Origin: Cyanobacteria bacterium UBA6446
GTDB lineage: Bacteria; Cyanobacteriota; Vampirovibrionia; Gastranaerophilales; Gastranaerophilaceae
DNA length: 64,000 bases
Assembly (NCBI GenBank): GCA_002438405.1
Contig: DJOE01000004.1
Span: 4,492 to 68,491, forward strand
Direction of reading: 5' to 3'
Shown here: in pieces, positions 48,001-57,369 of the stretch
Layout: each line of letters starts with the position of its first letter
How positions within the stretch are numbered: the stretch's first letter is position 1
The notes under the pieces: model-generated
Told to the model about the DNA's origin: nothing
Database searches by the model: none
Seen by the model: only the letters and a program-made list of their open reading frames with translations
Translations under genes and position numbers: made by a program

Positions 48001-49071
48001 TTAATCTATTTCTATCTTACATTTGAAATCTGGGTGTTGTTCAAGTCTTTTGATTATCTCTTCAAAAGTCAATAAACCTTGAGTTGCTCCGAATTCAGAA
48101 ACAACCCCCGCAGAATTTATTGAAGCAACTTTCAATGCTGTTTCAATATCTTTATCAAATTTCATTAAAGAAGCACAGAATGTAGAGGCAAAAGCATCAC
48201 CAGCACCTAACGTTGAAGCTACTGGACCATCAAAACAAGGACAATAATAGTATTTTTTACCATCATAGGCATAAGCACCACTTCCTCCATCTGTTATAAC
48301 AATAATTTGATATTCTGAAACTTTTAACTTTCTAAACATTTCCTTTAAATCAGGGTGAATAAGCATTTCAGAAAATTTTTCATCTTTTGTATCTGAACGC
48401 AATTGAATACCTGTAGCCATAGAAGCTTCTTCTTTATTCATAACAACAATTTGTGCAGATTCAAGAATTTTTTTCAAATAATTGAAACCTTTTTTCAATC
48501 CTGTAGTACCTGCATTAAAGCAAATTGCTGTATTATTTTCTTTAGCAAATTTTACAATATCATCTAAAGCTTTATTACTATCACCATTTAATGGCGCAAT
48601 ATAAAGGAGTTTAGCATTTTTTATTGCATCAAAATTAATTTCACTCTTTTTGATATGAGCATTAGCACCTCTGTGAGCAAGAACTGTTCTATCGCCTTCA
48701 AAACTTGTAAGAATAATTGAAAAACCAGTAGATTCATTTTTATTTTGAATTACATAAGATAAATCAATATTTCTAGTTTTAAAAAATTCAAACAAACCTT
48801 TTGAATAAATATCATCACCAACTTTAAAAATTGCACCAGTAGAAAAACCTAAATTGGCAAAGTTTGTAGCAGTATTAACACCACCACCGCCAACTTGTGA
48901 TGCAAAATCCGTAATTTCAATTTTTGCACCATAAGAATAACTCATAAATTCTGATTTCTTTTTCAATGAACGAACAGACACAATATTTGCATCATCACAT
49001 TCTACAAAAACATCCATTGTTGCACTACCAATTGTAATTATATCTACCATATTAATCTCTCCAATTTCCAT
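48001..49071 (-). CDS. PfkB-family carbohydrate kinase
   Basis: 'GGGGVNTATNFANLG' and the C-terminal 'GAGDAFASTF' are ribokinase/PfkB signatures. An alternative start at MVDIITIG (49050) is possible. Confidence 0.8.
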   Translation of the reverse strand: MEIGEINMVDIITIGSATMDVFVECDDANIVSVRSLKKKSEFMSYSYGAKIEITDFASQVGGGGVNTATNFANLGFSTGAIFKVGDDIYSKGLFEFFKTRNIDLSYVIQNKNESTGFSIILTSFEGDRTVLAHRGANAHIKKSEINFDAIKNAKLLYIAPLNGDSNKALDDIVKFAKENNTAICFNAGTTGLKKGFNYLKKILESAQIVVMNKEEASMATGIQLRSDTKDEKFSEMLIHPDLKEMFRKLKVSEYQIIVITDGGSGAYAYDGKKYYYCPCFDGPVASTLGAGDAFASTFCASLMKFDKDIETALKVASINSAGVVSEFGATQGLLTFEEIIKRLEQHPDFKCKIEID

Positions 49072-49225
49072 TTATCCTATATTCAAAATATACCACAATA
49101 AAAAACTATTAAAAAGAGTAAAAAAAGATAAAAAAGTGTAAAGTTTATGCCCTTTTCTAGCAAATTTAATTTTTATCTGCTTTAAAATAGAATAATTGAT
49201 AAATACAGAAATAAAAGGATATGAT

Positions 49226-51568
49226 ATGAAAATTACAGCAACCCAACATTTAACCCCGATAAATACTTATTTTTATAATAATAAAAAAATCCACAATAAA
49301 ACTAATCAAAATGCTACAAATCCACAAATAAGTTATACAAACGTACATGCTTATCAAGATTTTGGAATTTCATTTACAGGTAGAACTCCAGAAAATTTCT
49401 ATGAACAAGACTTTAATAGAAACAACATGCCTCAATCAATGAAAGAATATTTAGACTATGATTACGAAACAAGACAACATATACCACCAGAACAAATGAT
49501 GAAAGAAGTTTTTAAATATATCGACTTGGCAGACAATTTTGAAGACGTAAAAAATGTTTACCCCAATGAAGATTTATTCAAAAACTTACACGAAAATAAA
49601 TCAAGAAATATCTCCAGTGTTTTGTACGAAATTAAAACAGCTAAAGAAATGTCAGATGAACCATTATTCAAAGATGGTAGTGATAATTTCGGAATGTATT
49701 TACTAAAGAAAATTTACACTGAGGGTAAAACAATTAAAGAAATAAACAAAGATTTCTACACAAAAGACTTAAATAATGAATACAAAGGAATTATTACAAA
49801 ACCAATTACAGATAAAACAACTGCAAACTATGGTATTAAATTTCCAAAACAAGCTTTTTGGAATTCATTCATCGCAACAAGAGATGAATATAGAAAGTTC
49901 TTCGTAACTCTTCCTAAAAATACAACAAATCCTGCCGTTCATTTACCGAAATCAAATAAAGCAGAACAAACTGAAAATAAAGCTCCAATTGAAAGAATAA
50001 AAGCACCTAGAAAATATACAATTCCAGCATATAAAAAGAAACAATTGACAGATGACATCAAGTCTTCTGCAATGTCAAACACAGATGTTGAGAAAAAAAT
50101 CAGAAAAAGATTTGCAAAAGACGACCCTGAAGCTTCATTTATTGTGAAATATTTAAGCCCGATAATGACAGTTGCAGCAGAAAGAGCCCATTTGTCAGAA
50201 GATTTAAAATTCTTCGCTGAAGCAGAACGAATTAATGGTCACAAAGGCGATGAAGAATTTATGCTAAAACGTTATTGGAACAGAAACCCAATAATGAAAA
50301 ATATTTATGCTCATGCTATTACAGATACAATTGATATGTTTGAAGATATTTATGGAGCAGGGGGAAATCTTCCAATAAACACAGATTTAGAAGTCGTTAC
50401 TCCAGACACTCCAAACAAAAAAATTGTTGACCACGTAAATTCAGAATATGCGCACCTACTTGATTATACTCAAACAATCTTTCCTGAAAGAGAAGTAAAA
50501 TATGCCGAGCACTACAAAAATCAAGAAAAATGGGAAAAATATTTCAATGAAAAATATGGTGATATAGAACAAGATCAAGTTGAAGAAATTAAAACTCCAA
50601 CTCCGATAGAAAAAGAAGAAGAAACATCACCTCTTATAGAAGATAAAGAATTTGACGAAGACAGTTTTTCTATAGACAAAGTTAATGAGGCTTTTGACGA
50701 AAAAATTAAAGAGGGAACAGATTATCTTCCAAGTTCTCTTTCAAAAAAATATTTTCAATTTATGAATGAGAATGCGGATTTGGCTTTCAAATTGAAAGTT
50801 GCTAATCTTCCAGAAGATTGCTCTGCAGAAGATATTAGAGAAATATATCGTACTGACGGATCTCCTGATTATATAGATGATCTCAATATTAGGTTCTATG
50901 CTGAATATAGCAATGAAATAGGAGCTAATAATTGTGCTTTAGATGAACTTTTAACAACTTATAATAAAAATCATTTAAAATATCTTGATGAAGGAAAAAT
51001 CTATCAATATGGACCAGAACTTAAAGAGTTTGCTATACGCCACAAAAAAGAACATGATTCTTTATACTCAAAATACCTAAAGCCAATGACAGATAGAGAA
51101 CGAAATCTTACATCTCTTGCTTTTATGAATGAGATTGATAATTATAAAAATGATAAAAATGTTGATAGAGCTACAAATGCAATAATTTTGATGTTCCAAG
51201 ATGTTGCGAAATTAAATCATAACCAAAGACGAAAAATAAAAGATTTTATAAGAGAAGTAATCCCAGATTCTACCAAAATAATGTTGGATAAAAAAGCAGA
51301 TAAAAAAGATAAATATGACAGATTCGTATATTTTATGCCGGGATTAATAAATGAATGCATATTTAATCAAGGTTATTTACCATTCCTTGTTAATAAAGAA
51401 ATAGTTGATAAATATACTCCTCTTATGAATCAGTTTGATATTGAAAAAATAAAAAGAATGGAATCTCAACTACCTCCAGCAGGAAGAGAATTTTACAATG
51501 CATCAAATGAAAAAATCAAAACAGGATATTACTGCGAAACAGTTGAACTTCCAACATTAAAGAAATAA
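49226..51568 (+). CDS. large hypothetical protein with an N-terminal 'ISFTG' motif
   Basis: 780 aa from the ATG (AAGGA RBS upstream); the ORF track starts at a TTG at 49196. It has no TM segment and no recognised domain. The N-terminus is 'MKITATQHLTPIN...DFGISFTGRT'. Confidence 0.55.
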   Translation: MKITATQHLTPINTYFYNNKKIHNKTNQNATNPQISYTNVHAYQDFGISFTGRTPENFYEQDFNRNNMPQSMKEYLDYDYETRQHIPPEQMMKEVFKYIDLADNFEDVKNVYPNEDLFKNLHENKSRNISSVLYEIKTAKEMSDEPLFKDGSDNFGMYLLKKIYTEGKTIKEINKDFYTKDLNNEYKGIITKPITDKTTANYGIKFPKQAFWNSFIATRDEYRKFFVTLPKNTTNPAVHLPKSNKAEQTENKAPIERIKAPRKYTIPAYKKKQLTDDIKSSAMSNTDVEKKIRKRFAKDDPEASFIVKYLSPIMTVAAERAHLSEDLKFFAEAERINGHKGDEEFMLKRYWNRNPIMKNIYAHAITDTIDMFEDIYGAGGNLPINTDLEVVTPDTPNKKIVDHVNSEYAHLLDYTQTIFPEREVKYAEHYKNQEKWEKYFNEKYGDIEQDQVEEIKTPTPIEKEEETSPLIEDKEFDEDSFSIDKVNEAFDEKIKEGTDYLPSSLSKKYFQFMNENADLAFKLKVANLPEDCSAEDIREIYRTDGSPDYIDDLNIRFYAEYSNEIGANNCALDELLTTYNKNHLKYLDEGKIYQYGPELKEFAIRHKKEHDSLYSKYLKPMTDRERNLTSLAFMNEIDNYKNDKNVDRATNAIILMFQDVAKLNHNQRRKIKDFIREVIPDSTKIMLDKKADKKDKYDRFVYFMPGLINECIFNQGYLPFLVNKEIVDKYTPLMNQFDIEKIKRMESQLPPAGREFYNASNEKIKTGYYCETVELPTLKK

Positions 51569-51590
51569 AAAAATTCTAATACAAGAAATA

Positions 51591-51622
51591 AAACCCTTGA
51601 ACGATAATTCATTCAAGGGTTT
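51591..51622. terminator. hairpin terminator between convergent genes
   Basis: AAACCCTTGAA/TTCAAGGGTTT stem between the 780-aa gene (+) and pnp (-). Confidence 0.65.
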
Positions 51623-51649
51623 TAAGTATTTAAAAGTCGTTTTATTCAA

Positions 51650-53791
51650 CTATTGAATAACTTTAGCCTTATCTTCTTCAGTTACACCTTTGATTGTAAG
51701 GTTTACTCGACCTTTTTCATCAATTTTAATAACTTTTACGATAACTTCTTGACCAATAGTCAAATGTGGTTCGATTGATTCAATTCTTTCGTTGCAAACT
51801 TGAGAAATGTGAACCATACCGTCTTTGCCACCGCCTAATTCAACGAAAGCGCCAATAGGGATAATTCTCACAACCTTACCTTTAATAACCATACCAACTT
51901 CTGGTTTGAATGTAAGATCTCTAATCATTTTCATAGCAATCTTAGCACCCTCTTGGTCATTAGAAGTAATAGTTACAACACCTGAATCTTGGATATCAAT
52001 TTCAGCACCTGAAGCATCAATTATTGAACGAATTTGTTTTCCTCCAGGTCCGATAACTGTTCCTATATCTTCTGTTGGAATAGTCATTGTTGTAATACTT
52101 GGTGCAAATGGTGACATTGGACCAGGTTCAGTGATTGCTTCTCTCATTTTGCCTAAGATATGCAATCTACCCTCTTTTGCTTGAGCTAAAGCTTTGCGTA
52201 ATGTTTCATTAGCAATACCCTTAGCTTTCATATCCATTTGAAGAGCTGTGATACCGGTATCATTACCTGTAACTTTAAAGTCCATATCACCTAAAAAGTC
52301 TTCAATACCTTGAATATCAGTTAATACAACAGGTTCTTTTCCCTCTTCGGTAATCATACCCATTGCAACACCACCAATCATACATTTAACAGGAACACCT
52401 GCATTCATCAAAGCCATTGAAGAACCACAAGTAGAAGCCATTGAAGTAGAACCGTTTGATTCTAATACATCAGATGTAACTCTGATTGTATAACCAAATT
52501 CTTCTTGAGATGGTAATGCAGGAACGTTAGCTCTTTCAGCCAAGTGTCCATGACCAACTTCTCTTCTACCAGGACCTCTTAGAGGTTTAACTTCTCCAAC
52601 TGAAAATCCTGGGAATATGTATTTGTGCATATAAGTTTTTTCAGTTTCTGGATCAACACCATCAAGTTCTTGTTTCATAGCAGGACCTGCAAGAGTTGCA
52701 ACTGATAATACTTGAGTTTGACCTCTTGTAAATACAGCTGAACCATGAGCTCTAGGAATTACACCAACTTCACACCAGATTGGGCGAACTTCGGTAGGCT
52801 TTCTGCCATCTGCTCTAACACCTTCATCTAGAATCATTGTACGCATAATATGTTTTTCTGCGTTTTTAAATTCTTCTGCAACGAAGTCAATACCAGTTTC
52901 TTCAATAATTTTCTTGATATAATCGTCATCTGGAAGAGCATCAATTTTTTCTTTAACTAATTTTTTAGCTTCTTCCAATTTTGTCTGTCTGTATTCTCTA
53001 TCAAAGTGGTGGTAAGCATCAAAAATCATATCGTGAGCAGTTTCTTCAATAATCTTTTTGATTTCTGTTGTATCGTATGGATTTACGAATTCTTCTTTTA
53101 CAACACCGCAAGCCTTAGCAAATTCAACTTGAGCCTCGCATTGTTTTTTGATTTCACCTTGAGCAAATTCAACAGCAGCCATAATATCGTCTTCTGAAAC
53201 AAATTTACAACCAGCTTCAACCATAATAACTGAATCGTGAGTACCTGCAACAACGATATCAAGGTCTGATGCTTTTGCTTGTTGGTGAGTTGGATTAGCA
53301 ATCAAGTTACCATTTTCATCACGAGAAACTCTAACAGCTCCGATTGGACCTTCAAAAGGAGCTTCTGACAACATCAATGCACAAGATGCACCTAACATTG
53401 CCAATGTATCAGGTTGATTTTCTTGGTCGTAGCTGAATAATTGGGCTACGATTTGAATATCATTTCTATATCCTTTAGGAAATAAAGGTCTGATTGGTCT
53501 ATCAATCAATCTTGAAACAAGAATAGCTTTATCACTTGCTTTACCCTCTGAACGGTTGTAACCACCAGGGATACGACCAATTGATGACATTCTTTCTTCA
53601 TAATCAATCAACAATGGGAAGAAATCTATCCCAACACGAGGTTCTTTAGAAACAACACAGTGTACAAATAACATTGTATCACCACATCTAACAGTAACTG
53701 AACCATTTGTTGATTGTGCATACTTTCCGGTTTCAATGGTTACGGTTTTTCCACCGATTTCCAATTGAAAGCTTTTTGTTTCAGGTTTCAT
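51650..53791 (-). CDS. pnp: polyribonucleotide nucleotidyltransferase (PNPase)
   Basis: Two RNase PH domains ('RPLFP', 'REVGHGHLAERA'), a KH domain ('IGPGGKQIRSI') and a C-terminal S1 domain ('GKVVRIIPIGAFVEL..GKDGMVHISQ'). Confidence 0.95.
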   Translation of the reverse strand: MKPETKSFQLEIGGKTVTIETGKYAQSTNGSVTVRCGDTMLFVHCVVSKEPRVGIDFFPLLIDYEERMSSIGRIPGGYNRSEGKASDKAILVSRLIDRPIRPLFPKGYRNDIQIVAQLFSYDQENQPDTLAMLGASCALMLSEAPFEGPIGAVRVSRDENGNLIANPTHQQAKASDLDIVVAGTHDSVIMVEAGCKFVSEDDIMAAVEFAQGEIKKQCEAQVEFAKACGVVKEEFVNPYDTTEIKKIIEETAHDMIFDAYHHFDREYRQTKLEEAKKLVKEKIDALPDDDYIKKIIEETGIDFVAEEFKNAEKHIMRTMILDEGVRADGRKPTEVRPIWCEVGVIPRAHGSAVFTRGQTQVLSVATLAGPAMKQELDGVDPETEKTYMHKYIFPGFSVGEVKPLRGPGRREVGHGHLAERANVPALPSQEEFGYTIRVTSDVLESNGSTSMASTCGSSMALMNAGVPVKCMIGGVAMGMITEEGKEPVVLTDIQGIEDFLGDMDFKVTGNDTGITALQMDMKAKGIANETLRKALAQAKEGRLHILGKMREAITEPGPMSPFAPSITTMTIPTEDIGTVIGPGGKQIRSIIDASGAEIDIQDSGVVTITSNDQEGAKIAMKMIRDLTFKPEVGMVIKGKVVRIIPIGAFVELGGGKDGMVHISQVCNERIESIEPHLTIGQEVIVKVIKIDEKGRVNLTIKGVTEEDKAKVIQ

Positions 53792-53958
53792 AAAATTACC
53801 TTTTCTTTCTGCGTTCTATCTAACGCCTTTAAGTTATACACTTCCATTTACGTTTCAATTATACCCCAAAAACACCAATATTAAAATTATAAAGAAAAAT
53901 TAAGTTATCAAAATTTTACAGAACGAACATTTAATTTCAAAAAACAGGATTGTAATAA

Positions 53959-54443
53959 TTACAATCCTGTTTTCTCGTCAAGTTTTAATTGTTTAATAAT
54001 TAATATAATTGAAATAATTTCATCAAAAAATTGCTTCATTTGTTTTGGTTTAAATATTGCAAATAGGTTTCCTATTTCAAAAAGATTTTTACCTGTAGTA
54101 ATACTAATAATGACATTATCTTCATAAAATGAAACTTGAATCCTTTCTGATTCATAAGCTACCTGTAAAAATTCTAATCTTTCCATAAATGATGGAGTTA
54201 CCAAATATCTTGATTCGACTTCATCATCAGATTTAACCTCAAATTTTTCATTGAATGACTCGGATTCCATTTTATTTACATTAACCAGCATAATATAATA
54301 CCTAATTCTATTGCAATCATTATATTAAAATTTCTTCTTCTTTCTTTTTCAAAATCATTAATATGCATTAAAATTTTATCATTATATATTTTATTAAAAC
54401 GACATCTCAAATCTCTTATCTCGCCATGCAAATCCGATTTCAT
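53959..54443 (-). pseudogene. DUF3137-like gene split into two overlapping frames
   Basis: An N-terminal 55-aa ORF (54276-54443, AAGGAGA RBS, 'MKSDLHGEIRDLRCRFNKIYNDKILMHINDFEKERRR..' plus a TM) overlaps by ~16 nt a 110-aa ORF in another frame (53959-54291). The C-terminal part ('SFNEKFEVKSDDEVESRYLVTPSFMERL') resembles the C-terminal half of the DUF3137-like protein at 56298-57215. Together the two pieces are much shorter than that intact copy. Confidence 0.5.
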
Positions 54444-54527
54444 TATTCTCTCCTTAATTGAAATAAACGAACTAATAAATCATACACTAATAATCAGCAA
54501 TGTTGCAAATATATAAAATATAAGATA

Positions 54528-54557
54528 TTGACCTTTTAGAACATTATATGTCATAAT
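54528..54557 (+). promoter_or_regulatory. sigma70-like promoter for tRNA-Arg(CCU)
   Basis: TTGACC, 18-nt spacer, CATAAT, ending ~27 nt before the tRNA. Confidence 0.35.
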
Positions 54558-54584
54558 AATAAGAAGAAGTTATATATATAATAA

Positions 54585-54658
54585 GGCCTCGTAGCTCAGT
54601 AGGATAGAGCAGTGGTTTCCTAAACCAAAGATCACGCGTTCGACTCGCGTCGGGGCCA
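54585..54658 (+). tRNA. tRNA-Arg (anticodon CCU)
   Basis: Hand fold: acceptor GGCCTCG/CGGGGCC, D arm GCTC..GAGC, anticodon stem GTGGT/ACCAA with loop TTCCTAA, T arm ACGCG-TTCGACT-CGCGT, discriminator A. Confidence 0.9.
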
Positions 54659-54818
54659 ATTATTTTATCCGACAAGCACGGAATTTAAAATAAACTAACA
54701 AAAAAAACAATTGCCCCAAGGAAATATCTTTTTTTGTTAACATTCTGTTACATTTTAAAAATATAAAGCAATTATTAATCATATATCAACTTTATATATA
54801 TAAGGGGATAAAAGAGAT

Positions 54819-55460
54819 ATGATTAGATGGTGTTTACCAACCAATATATTTTCTAATACTTTTGCTTACAATGCACTACCAAAAGTTAGCGCATCTAATC
54901 CATTTAGCACAAGTATTTTTAACTCTTTTGTTCCTACAAACTTTGCATCAATGTCTTTGATGAGTTTTCCAGTATTTCCAAGTTTCAACTTTGGGAAGTT
55001 ACTACTAAGCACTCCGTCTTATTTGTCAAAAGGAACTTCAATCTTAGGTCGAAACCAAAACGCATCATTATGGAAAAGACTAGGATATTCAGCCCAAAAA
55101 GGCTGGGAACTAGCAAAAAAAGCAGTATCCAGTGTTGTTGGATTTACAGGCAAATGCGCAAGATATGTAAAAAATGCAATCGCAAAAACAGGTTTAGGCA
55201 AATACGAATATGGAAACGCTTGCGATATGGTTTCAATAATGAGAAGAAATAAAAACTTCAAAGAAATCAATCCAAATGGGGTAGATTTGAAAAAACTTCC
55301 TGCAGGTTGTGTTCTAGTTTATGGAAAAGGTGTTGCAGGATATAGCAAAAAATACGGTCACACTGAAATTACAACAGGAAGCGGTAAAGCAGTATCTGAT
55401 GGTGTAACTCAAAACTTACACAGAAGACCAACAGCAATATTTATGCCGGTTGCCGCATAA
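54819..55460 (+). CDS. hypothetical protein with a C-terminal CHAP/NlpC-P60-like Cys-His domain
   Basis: 'GFTGKCARYVKNAI' (catalytic Cys context) and 'PAGCVLVYG......YGHTEI' (His context) follow the CHAP-domain pattern. The N-terminal ~70 aa are Ser/Phe/Pro-rich without a classical signal peptide. An AAGGGGA RBS lies upstream. Confidence 0.55.
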   Translation: MIRWCLPTNIFSNTFAYNALPKVSASNPFSTSIFNSFVPTNFASMSLMSFPVFPSFNFGKLLLSTPSYLSKGTSILGRNQNASLWKRLGYSAQKGWELAKKAVSSVVGFTGKCARYVKNAIAKTGLGKYEYGNACDMVSIMRRNKNFKEINPNGVDLKKLPAGCVLVYGKGVAGYSKKYGHTEITTGSGKAVSDGVTQNLHRRPTAIFMPVAA

Positions 55461-55462
55461 TT

Positions 55463-55536
55463 CGTGCCTGGGGGGAATCAAACCCCCGACCTTGAGCTTC
55501 GGAAACTCACGCTCTATTCTCCTGAGCTACAGACAC
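55463..55536 (-). tRNA. tRNA-Arg (anticodon CCG)
   Basis: The reverse complement is GTGTCTGTAGCTCAGGAGAATAGAGCGTGAGTTTCCGAAGCTCAAGGTCGGGGGTTTGATTCCCCCCAGGCACG. It has acceptor GTGTCTG/CAGGCAC, anticodon loop TTCCGAA and T arm GGGGG/CCCCC. Confidence 0.85.
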
Positions 55537-55567
55537 GTAGTATTCTTATCTATAATATTAACAATAA

Positions 55568-55594
55568 AAAAGGACAGATATAAATCTGTCCTTT
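55568..55594 (-). terminator. rho-independent terminator after lemA
   Basis: Minus strand: AAAGGACAGAT-ttat-ATCTGTCCTTT followed by a TTTTTT run. Confidence 0.8.
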
Positions 55595-55615
55595 CATTAT
55601 AGCATAAAAATTTAA

Positions 55616-56209
55616 CTATTTTTTATAGAAGTAATCACTTGCATTAACGGAATTTCTAGCAGCTTCTTCTGCTTCAAAGAATGGATAAGCAGTAATTCCA
55701 AGCATTCCAGCAAACATTGAACTTGGGAAGATTTCAACTGCGTTATTTAAATCATTAACAGCACTGTTGTAAAATCTTCTGGCAGCAGCAATATGTTCCT
55801 CTACTTCAGAGTATGTTTGCATAGCTTGAACCATTGTTTGATCAGATTTCAATTGTGGGTAATTTTCAACATTAACCATCAATTGACCCATTTTATTTGC
55901 AATTTGATTATCTAAATTCATCTTTTCAGAAATAGTATTAGCATCAAATCTGATAGATGCAGCTTGCGTACGAAGTTTTGTAATATCTTCAATCAAGCCT
56001 CTTTCATGTTCCATAAATTTATTTGCAATAGTCAAAATATTCGGAATTAAGTCATAACGTTTTTTCAACTGAACATCAACTCCGCCCATTGCTTCTTTAA
56101 CTTTGTTTTTCTTTTGTATAACTTTAACGTAAATATTATACAAAACCCCAATAACAATAATTGCAACAACTAAAACAATAATTGTACCTAAAGATAACAT
56201 CTCAAACAT
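55616..56209 (-). CDS. lemA: LemA family protein
   Basis: N-terminal TM, and 'VDVQLKKRYDLIPNILTIANKF' matches the LemA signature 'V..QL.RR.DLIPNLV'. 'AARRFYNSAVNDLNN' also matches. Confidence 0.85.
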   Translation of the reverse strand: MFEMLSLGTIIVLVVAIIVIGVLYNIYVKVIQKKNKVKEAMGGVDVQLKKRYDLIPNILTIANKFMEHERGLIEDITKLRTQAASIRFDANTISEKMNLDNQIANKMGQLMVNVENYPQLKSDQTMVQAMQTYSEVEEHIAAARRFYNSAVNDLNNAVEIFPSSMFAGMLGITAYPFFEAEEAARNSVNASDYFYKK

Positions 56210-56297
56210 AATAATCCTTTCTTTAAACTTATGTATATAATTATAACATATTTTTTATACCATTACAAGATACTAGCCACAAAGGCAACAAATCAGA

Positions 56298-57215
56298 TTA
56301 TGACGGAGTATTAGACTCATCTTCAACTACATATAAGCCATTTACAACATCAATCAAAGCTGAAAAAGTATTATAAATTGTAGAAAAAGCTTGTTCATCT
56401 TTTACGCTCTTGAAAATATTAGAGAATGAAAAACCGGCATCAACAGTTAATGCCATATACATATAATTTCCACAAAATGCACAGTATGAAATTGGGGATT
56501 TTACCCGTTTTACAAATGAAGAAAAACATTTTATAAATTTTTTGTTAACCAATTGCTTTGCTTCCGCTTGATTGTTAGAATAAATTGCATACTGAGAGAT
56601 AAACACCATATCCGGTACGTTAACTTTTTCAAAATTATCATTAACCAAATCAGACAAGTTGAAGTATTTTGAATTTCTTGGTCTTAAAACTGTTATACCT
56701 TGTGCAAAATCTTTCGTTCTTATTCTGATTACAATTCCGGAAAACACACAAAGTGCTGATGAACGTTGTAAATAAGAATAAACAAACTTTGAAATATCAA
56801 CATTAACCCTATTTATTGCACCGGTAAACGAGTCAAAGAAATGAAAACTCAACAGACTATTTGTTGCAAGTGTTTTAGGAAATATTCTTGAATATGTCAA
56901 ATCTTCCAACTTCAATACAGAAATATCAAAATATGAAAAGAATGGAACCAATTGTACAAGAACTGGAATATATTTCTTCGCTTGCATCTCATAAAAATAA
57001 ATAACACCTGTCCAGTATAGAATAATCAATATAACAGGAATAACAACTGGAATTTTTACAGCTAAAAGCAACAATACTAAGCTTAAAAATATGCCAAGGT
57101 GAATTTTCGACAATCTGGCATTATCAAATTCTTCCATTCGAGGTTGGACATCTTGGTCTAAAATTCGGCGGAAATCAGCCGAAAAATTATTCACAGTGTA
57201 GATGTTATACGCCAT
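56298..57215 (-). CDS. DUF3137-like membrane protein (usual LemA neighbour)
   Basis: 305 aa with two central TM helices after an N-terminal cytosolic segment. It lies immediately upstream of lemA in the same orientation, the gene pairing I remember for DUF3137. Confidence 0.6.
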   Translation of the reverse strand: MAYNIYTVNNFSADFRRILDQDVQPRMEEFDNARLSKIHLGIFLSLVLLLLAVKIPVVIPVILIILYWTGVIYFYEMQAKKYIPVLVQLVPFFSYFDISVLKLEDLTYSRIFPKTLATNSLLSFHFFDSFTGAINRVNVDISKFVYSYLQRSSALCVFSGIVIRIRTKDFAQGITVLRPRNSKYFNLSDLVNDNFEKVNVPDMVFISQYAIYSNNQAEAKQLVNKKFIKCFSSFVKRVKSPISYCAFCGNYMYMALTVDAGFSFSNIFKSVKDEQAFSTIYNTFSALIDVVNGLYVVEDESNTPS

Positions 57216-57369
57216 TCATAACCAAACTTTCCCAAAAACTAAATAATAAACTTCCCATTATTATATAATCTTCGTATTTACATTATAACATATATGAATT
57301 AGCTTTACAATCCTAAGGTAAGTATTTTAGTGAGAAGTTAATAGTAATAGGTGAATAGCCCGTTACATT

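Noticed and set aside
51825-52184. 119-aa plus-strand ORF. The many other 60-100-aa antisense ORFs inside clpC, smc, the GT5-like gene, serS, the helicase and others belong to the same class.
   Set aside because: They are embedded antisense in strongly supported long genes. This is typical shadow-ORF behaviour.
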